NCBI GenBank assembly: GCA_047517145.1
Contig: JAKZTI010000074.1
Span: 1-54,901 of the forward strand
Direction: 5' to 3'
Origin: Gammaproteobacteria bacterium
GTDB taxonomy: Bacteria > Pseudomonadota > Gammaproteobacteria > Eutrophobiales > Eutrophobiaceae
DNA: 54,901 nucleotides
Notes under the pieces: model-generated
Told to the model about the DNA's origin: nothing
Seen by the model: the letters and a program-made list of their open reading frames with translations, nothing else
Databases searched by the model: none
Shown here: positions 49,421 to 54,901 of the stretch, one piece after another
Numbering within the stretch: the first letter of the stretch is position 1
How the letters are laid out: each line of letters opens with the position of its first letter
Program-made: the position numbers and the translations under genes

Positions 49421-50434
49421 ATGACTATTAAAGTTGGTATTAACGGTTATGGCCGTATTGGACGAAATATCCTGCGCGCTGTATATGAGTCTGGTCGTAC
49501 GGATGAAATCCAGATCGTCGCCATTAACGACCTCGGCGATGCCAACACCAACGCACATTTAACCCAGTATGATACGGCCCAGGGTAAATTCCCGGGGGAA
49601 GTCTCTGTTGATGGTGACTACATGATCATTAACGGCGACAAAATCAGGGTGTTATCAGAACGCGATCCAGCCAAATTGCCCTGGGGAGAACTCGGTGTTG
49701 ATGTGGTACATGAATCAACAGGATTCTTTACCAACAAGGAGAAAGCCAGTGCTCACCTTGCAGGTGGCGCAAAAAAAGTCATCATCTCAGCACCAGGTGG
49801 TAATGATGTTGATGCGACAATTGTCTACGGTGTTAACCACGGAGTGTTGAAGGCATCGGATACCGTTATTTCTAATGCCTCCTGTACAACCAACTGTCTG
49901 GCACCGCTGGCCAAAGTATTGCATGAAGGCATTGGCATTGAACAAGGTGTGATGACTACCATTCATGCCTACACCAACGACCAGGTACTAACCGACGTCT
50001 ATCACAGCGATTTACGTCGGGCACGTTCGGCCACCATGTCCATGATCCCGACGACGACTGGTGCGGCTGCGGCTGTTGGTCTGGTGTTACCTGAACTCAA
50101 TGGCAAACTGGATGGCTACTCCATGCGCGTACCAACCATCAATGTTTCAGTGGTTGATTTATCTTTCTCTGCAGCAAGGAAAACAACAATCGACGAAATC
50201 AATTCCTTAATGAAAGCGGCGGCCGACGGTGAGATGAAGGGGGTATTGGCCTATAATGATAAACCACTGGTATCGATTGATTTCAATCATGACCCGGCTT
50301 CATCTACCTATGATTCAACACAGACCAGAATCATGGAAGGTAAACTGGTAAAAGTCATTGCCTGGTATGACAACGAGTGGGGCTTTTCAAACCGCATGTT
50401 GGATACCACCATAGCATTAATGAACGCGAGCTAA
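49421..50434 (+). CDS. gap: Glyceraldehyde-3-phosphate dehydrogenase (type I)
   Basis: [11 protein letters not shown] and the active site [12 protein letters not shown]. Confidence 0.95.
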   Translation: MTIKVGINGYGRIGRNILRAVYESGRTDEIQIVAINDLGDANTNAHLTQYDTAQGKFPGEVSVDGDYMIINGDKIRVLSERDPAKLPWGELGVDVVHESTGFFTNKEKASAHLAGGAKKVIISAPGGNDVDATIVYGVNHGVLKASDTVISNASCTTNCLAPLAKVLHEGIGIEQGVMTTIHAYTNDQVLTDVYHSDLRRARSATMSMIPTTTGAAAAVGLVLPELNGKLDGYSMRVPTINVSVVDLSFSAARKTTIDEINSLMKAAADGEMKGVLAYNDKPLVSIDFNHDPASSTYDSTQTRIMEGKLVKVIAWYDNEWGFSNRMLDTTIALMNAS

Positions 50435-50460
50435 ACGACAAATATTGTAACCATCCCAGC

Positions 50461-51672
50461 ATGACTATTTTGGTAAAAATTGCAGATCTGGACCTGAGCG
50501 GAAAGCGGGTACTGATACGTGAGGACTATAATGTCCCGCTCAAGGATGGAGAGGTTGAGGACGATACACGAATCTACGCCAGTCTATTAACCATCAATAA
50601 GCTGCTTGATGCCGGGGCTAAAATTATGATCATGTCCCACCTGGGTCGCCCGAAGGAAGGAGAGTTCGACGACGCATATAGCCTGGCGCCGGTAGCAAAA
50701 TGCTTGTCTTCGCTACTTGATAGGGAAGTGCCACTTGTCAGAGACTGGCTGGACGGCATTGACATGGAAAATAGAGATATAGTCCTATGCGAAAATGTAC
50801 GCTTTGAAACCGGGGAAAAAGCCAACGAAGATGATGTCGCCAGAAAGATGGCGGGCTTATGTAATGTTTACGTCAATGATGCCTTTGCTACTGCACACAG
50901 GGAACAGGCATCTACTCATGGTGTTGCCAAATATGCGCCTATCTCTGCTGCTGGACCACTTCTGATTACAGAATTAAAAACCTTATCCAAAGCACTCAAA
51001 AAACCGGCTAAACCCGTGGTCGCCATTGTTGGAGGCTCCAAGGTTTCTTCCAAGTTAACTATCCTCGCTTCTCTTGCAGAAAAAGTAGACCAGCTTATTG
51101 TTGGTGGAGGAATTGCCAATACCTTTCTCAATGCAGCAGGGTTCAATGTCGGTAAATCACTTTACGAAGAAGATCTGGTTGAAGACGCAAAAAAATTAAT
51201 GGCTGCGGCAAAGGAAAATGGTGCAGAAATCCCCTTGCCGATCGATGTGGTTTGCGCAAAAGAATTCAGTGAACATACTGATGCAACTATCAAGAGTATC
51301 GATCATGTTGAGGATGACGATATGATTCTGGATGTTGGTCCCGAAACCATTGCGAAATTCACAGACTTGTTAGAACAGGCAGAAACCATTGTCTGGAACG
51401 GTCCGCTGGGTGTTTTCGAATTCGATCGTTTTAGTGCTGGAACCAGAGCACTGGCAGAAAGTATTGCCATAAGTGATGCTTTTTCTATAGCTGGCGGAGG
51501 GGACACCTTATCTGCCATTTCAAAATTCGGCGTATCGAACAAGATTTCCTATATCTCCACAGGAGGTGGTGCTTTTCTGGAGTTTCTTGAAGGCAAAAAG
51601 TTACCCGCTGTTGCGATACTGGAAGAGGCAGCGCGTGCGTGGGCAGCAATGGAAAGGGCACGCGAATACTAG
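50461..51672 (+). CDS. pgk: Phosphoglycerate kinase
   Basis: [22 protein letters not shown] and the ending [15 protein letters not shown] at 50461 is preferred; the ORF-track start at 50377 would overlap gap. Confidence 0.95.
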   Translation: MTILVKIADLDLSGKRVLIREDYNVPLKDGEVEDDTRIYASLLTINKLLDAGAKIMIMSHLGRPKEGEFDDAYSLAPVAKCLSSLLDREVPLVRDWLDGIDMENRDIVLCENVRFETGEKANEDDVARKMAGLCNVYVNDAFATAHREQASTHGVAKYAPISAAGPLLITELKTLSKALKKPAKPVVAIVGGSKVSSKLTILASLAEKVDQLIVGGGIANTFLNAAGFNVGKSLYEEDLVEDAKKLMAAAKENGAEIPLPIDVVCAKEFSEHTDATIKSIDHVEDDDMILDVGPETIAKFTDLLEQAETIVWNGPLGVFEFDRFSAGTRALAESIAISDAFSIAGGGDTLSAISKFGVSNKISYISTGGGAFLEFLEGKKLPAVAILEEAARAWAAMERAREY

Positions 51673-51747
51673 ACAGTTTTTTAGTTTCACAAAATCAATG
51701 AAATTATTTAACAACACACAAGCCAAGGGGATAAGATCGTAGTTTAA

Positions 51748-53190
51748 ATGAGAAGAACAAAAATAATAGCAACACTAGGCCCGGCAACCGATGAACCAGG
51801 TGTATTGGAAGATCTTTTCAAGGTAGGGGTGGATGTATTCCGTCTTAACTACTCACACCAGACTCATGCACATCATGAAAAAAGACTGAATGAAATTCGT
51901 GCCTTATCAAAAAAATACACACATGCCGTTGGTGTCATGGCAGACCTACAGGGCCCGAAGATCCGCATCGAGCATTTTGATGGTGGCAAAGTTCAGCTTG
52001 TTGAAGGCGCAGATTTTGTCATCGATACCGATCTGGGTATCGAGGAGGGTGATGAAAAACATGTTGGTGTAAGTTACAAAAACTTACCCAGAGATGTGCG
52101 TGCCGGAGACACCCTGCTGATTGATGATGGCCGTATCGTTATGCGCGTCAAGGAAGTCGGCGAGCACGAAGTTAGTTGTGAAGTCATCACCGGCGGAGAA
52201 CTCTCGAATAATAAAGGCCTTAACCTTCAGGGCGGTGGTCTTTCGGCAAATGCACTAACTGAAAAAGACATACGTGATCTGGAACACGCTGTGAGTATAG
52301 GTGTTGATTTTGTGGCTGTTTCCTTTCCACGCCTTGCCTCTGATATTATTCATACACGCGGATTACTTAAACAACTTGGAAGTACAGCACATATCATCGC
52401 CAAGATAGAAAGAGCTGAGGCACTCGATGACATCGAGGCTATTATCGAAGCCTCCGATGCCATTATGATTGCACGTGGTGATCTTGGTGTTGAGATTGGG
52501 GATGCCAGTCTCCCACCTGTCCAAAAAAGACTGACTAAGATGGCCAGAGGCATGGATCGTGCCGTCATCATCGCCACACAGATGATGGAATCCATGATTG
52601 AACACCAGACTCCAACACGCGCTGAAGTATTTGATGTTGCCAATGCTGTGATTGATGGTGCCGATGCCGTGATGCTCTCAGCCGAAACCAGTTTGGGTCA
52701 TTTTCCAGCCAAGGCCGTTGAATCGATGTCTGGTATTTGTGAAGAAGCAGAGAAACAAAAAAGTGTAACCGTTTCAGATCACCGTATTAACAGACGCTTT
52801 GAATCTATTAATGAAGCAATCGCTATGTCGACCATGTATGCGGCAAATCATATCGGCGCAAAGGCCATTGCCGCACTTACAGAAACAGGTGGCACCTGTT
52901 TGTGGATGTCACGTATCAAATCAGGCATCCCTATTTTCGCATTTACACGACATGCATCTACCCGCAGAAGGGTTTCCTTGTACCGTGGTGTTTATCCCAT
53001 GAAATTTGACATCACACATACGGATCCACTGGAAGCCAATAAGGAAATTCTTGAAGAACTCGTGACCAATAATATTGTGCAAGACGGTGACTACGTCATT
53101 ATTACCAAGGGCGATCTACGTGGAGCACGAGGTGGCACCAACAACATGAAGCTCCTTCGCGTCGGTGAAGCAACAGAACATACCATCTAG
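51748..53190 (+). CDS. pyk: Pyruvate kinase
   Basis: MRRTKIIATLGPAT and IMIARGDLGVEI. Confidence 0.95.
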   Translation: MRRTKIIATLGPATDEPGVLEDLFKVGVDVFRLNYSHQTHAHHEKRLNEIRALSKKYTHAVGVMADLQGPKIRIEHFDGGKVQLVEGADFVIDTDLGIEEGDEKHVGVSYKNLPRDVRAGDTLLIDDGRIVMRVKEVGEHEVSCEVITGGELSNNKGLNLQGGGLSANALTEKDIRDLEHAVSIGVDFVAVSFPRLASDIIHTRGLLKQLGSTAHIIAKIERAEALDDIEAIIEASDAIMIARGDLGVEIGDASLPPVQKRLTKMARGMDRAVIIATQMMESMIEHQTPTRAEVFDVANAVIDGADAVMLSAETSLGHFPAKAVESMSGICEEAEKQKSVTVSDHRINRRFESINEAIAMSTMYAANHIGAKAIAALTETGGTCLWMSRIKSGIPIFAFTRHASTRRRVSLYRGVYPMKFDITHTDPLEANKEILEELVTNNIVQDGDYVIITKGDLRGARGGTNNMKLLRVGEATEHTI

Positions 53191-53233
53191 TAACAAATTT
53201 ACATTAATTAAATTTATAGTACAGAGGCAGAAT

Positions 53234-54262
53234 ATGAGTATAAAAGAACTGGACCAGACAGCCGAGGCAATGGTTGCCGCAGGTAAAGGTATTCTTGCTA
53301 TTGACGAGAGTTTCCCGACCATCAAAAACCGTTTAGACAGTATTAACACTGAATCTACAGAAGCCTCGCGTAGAGCCTACCGTGATCTTTTAATCACCAA
53401 CCCTGGTGGCAGTGAATACATCAGCGGCATGATCTTGTTTGACGAGACTATCAGACAGTCCACTGCAGACGGAATACCGTTTGCAGAAGCCCTGGAAAAG
53501 CAAGGCATTTTGACAGGAATTAAGGTTGATACAGGCGCTAAAGATCTTGCCGGTCATCCTGGTGAAAAAGTCACCGAAGGCCTCGATGGTTTACGCGAGC
53601 GTTTGTCTGAATATAAAAAACTGGGTGCCAAATTTGCTAAATGGCGTGCCGTCATTATCATTGGTGAAGGAATCCCGAGTTTGGGCTGTATCGAAGCCAA
53701 TGTTCATGCCCTGGCACGCTATGCCTCTCTTTGTCAGGAGGCAGGTATCGTGCCGATGGTCGAGCCAGAAGTCTTAATGGACGGAGACCATAATGTTGAA
53801 CTTTGTTATGAAGTTACTGAAGCAACGCTGAAAGCATTGTTTAATGAATTGTATAAGCAAAGCGTCTCTCTGGAACACACCATCTTAAAGGTCAATATGG
53901 TTGTTTCAGGCAAGGATTGTTCCGAACAGGCCGATGTTGATGAAGTTGCCGGTCTGACCGTCAATTGCTTATTGAATACAGTGCCTGCATCACTACCAGG
54001 CATCGTCTTTCTTTCCGGTGGTCAATCAGCCGAGAAGGCAACAGAACATCTGAATGCAATGAATGCAATGAATGCAACATATGGCCCACTACCATGGCCC
54101 TTGAGCTTTTCATATGGACGCGCACTTCAGGCACCTTGCCTGGCAGCCTGGCAAGGTAAAGAAGAAAACGTCGAAAAGGCACAGGCAATACTTCTACACC
54201 GTGAGAAGTGTAATGGTGAAGCATCACTTGGTGAATATGATGCCGAGAGTGATGCAGCATAA
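53234..54262 (+). CDS. fba: Fructose-bisphosphate aldolase, class I
   Basis: GKGILAIDESFPTIKNRL and FLSGGQS...LSFSYGRALQ. ATG at 53234 has an AGAGG RBS. Confidence 0.9.
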   Translation: MSIKELDQTAEAMVAAGKGILAIDESFPTIKNRLDSINTESTEASRRAYRDLLITNPGGSEYISGMILFDETIRQSTADGIPFAEALEKQGILTGIKVDTGAKDLAGHPGEKVTEGLDGLRERLSEYKKLGAKFAKWRAVIIIGEGIPSLGCIEANVHALARYASLCQEAGIVPMVEPEVLMDGDHNVELCYEVTEATLKALFNELYKQSVSLEHTILKVNMVVSGKDCSEQADVDEVAGLTVNCLLNTVPASLPGIVFLSGGQSAEKATEHLNAMNAMNATYGPLPWPLSFSYGRALQAPCLAAWQGKEENVEKAQAILLHREKCNGEASLGEYDAESDAA

Positions 54263-54269
54263 GCAGTAA

Positions 54270-54545
54270 ATGTCCGACGCAACTGATAACGACGAACTTC
54301 CTCCCGTCGCCCAGGCGGCATGGGAAGCCTATCTACGTATGTCAGCGACAAAGAATACCTATTACGAATTTATGCAGGCACTTGACCAGAAATACGATAA
54401 AGGTGAAGCCCCTTCTGAGGAAGAGAACCAGAAACTTACTGTGATGCTGCAGGCTCATAGCGGAACCGTCTCTGAATTTAATGATGCAATGCGTAAAGTA
54501 AACGATGCAGATGAAAGAATGTTACTGCTAAAGAAAATGGGGTAG
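54270..54545 (+). CDS. Small acidic hypothetical protein (91 aa)
   Basis: An ATG ORF 8 nt after fba with ordinary-looking codon usage. No family was recognised. Confidence 0.4.
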   Translation: MSDATDNDELPPVAQAAWEAYLRMSATKNTYYEFMQALDQKYDKGEAPSEEENQKLTVMLQAHSGTVSEFNDAMRKVNDADERMLLLKKMG

Positions 54546-54570
54546 TTCCCCGATTCTTCCTTTCATAGAT

Positions 54571-54901
54571 ATGTATATTTCACTGTCAAGCGGTACCGAA
54601 GTTTTCTATAGAGCAATACTCCTTATTGGGAGCATTTTCTTTATGAGTTCCTTTCTCTCGACACACGCCTTTGCTTTTGATGAGGAACTAGAAAAGGAAT
54701 TCATGGTGGCATTGGCAGCAGATGGAGCAGGCGACTGTGATAAAGCACTGCCTCTTTACGTTAGTTTGGCCGACGAAGGTGTCTCAGGTGCCATGATCAA
54801 TCTGGGGAATATGTACCTGATAGGCCGCTGCGTTGAAATAGATCCTAAGAGGGCTTTAGCACTACTGAATGTTGCCGCATCCTATCAAACACCTGTGGCA
54901 C
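54571..54901 (+). CDS. Sel1-repeat (SLR) protein, N-terminal fragment running off the window
   Basis: My translation from ATG 54571 gives MYISL...ILLIGSIFFMSSFLSTHAFA (signal-like), then GAMINLGNMYLIGRCVEIDPKRALALL, which fits the Sel1 consensus. The frame is open to base 54901. Confidence 0.55.
   Translation, partial: MYISLSSGTEVFYRAILLIGSIFFMSSFLSTHAFAFDEELEKEFMVALAADGAGDCDKALPLYVSLADEGVSGAMINLGNMYLIGRCVEIDPKRALALLNVAASYQTPVA

Noticed and set aside
50377-50460. An upstream start for pgk that overlaps the end of gap
   Set aside because: The Pgk homology begins at [17 protein letters not shown] (ATG 50461). The extension has no Pgk-like sequence and overlaps gap by 58 nt.
53165-53233. An upstream start for the aldolase gene that overlaps pyk
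   Set aside because: Class I aldolase homology starts at MSIKELDQ (ATG 53234, AGAGG RBS). The extension is AT-rich spacer.

Overview
This 54.9-kb window is probably from a gammaproteobacterium. That call rests on Pseudomonas-like synteny: prmC-moeB, yggX-mutY-asmA, argH-algZ-algR and metK-tkt-gap-pgk-pyk-fba. The flanks are housekeeping genes, one tRNA-Phe and an SAH riboswitch in front of ahcY-metF. The centre (about 12.0-37.1 kb) looks accessory and begins at a 5'-truncated rsmE remnant. It holds a Hanks-type Ser/Thr kinase, a DUF4124 protein, a cation/proton antiporter and a roughly 21-kb type IV filament locus of the MSHA-like kind. That locus encodes a lipoprotein secretin, an ExeA/MshM-like ATPase, a TPR protein, a GspE/MshE ATPase with a tandem MshEN c-di-GMP-binding motif, a GspF platform protein and PilM/N/O-like proteins. 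Its organisation is unusual. A 258-aa major pilin has a near-consensus sigma54 promoter. ABC-transporter genes bracket the pilin gene. A polytopic histidine kinase and a sigma54 activator lie about 15 kb apart. A pilin-anchored protein of roughly 1,050 aa is built from a repeat I cannot assign to a known family, and a 1-nt frameshift in a C4 run splits it into two ORFs. A markedly AT-rich three-gene c-di-GMP signalling module (39.9-45.0 kb) separates ahcY-metF from metK. No transposase, integrase or CRISPR array was seen. All functional calls come from reading motifs by eye; no database search was run.
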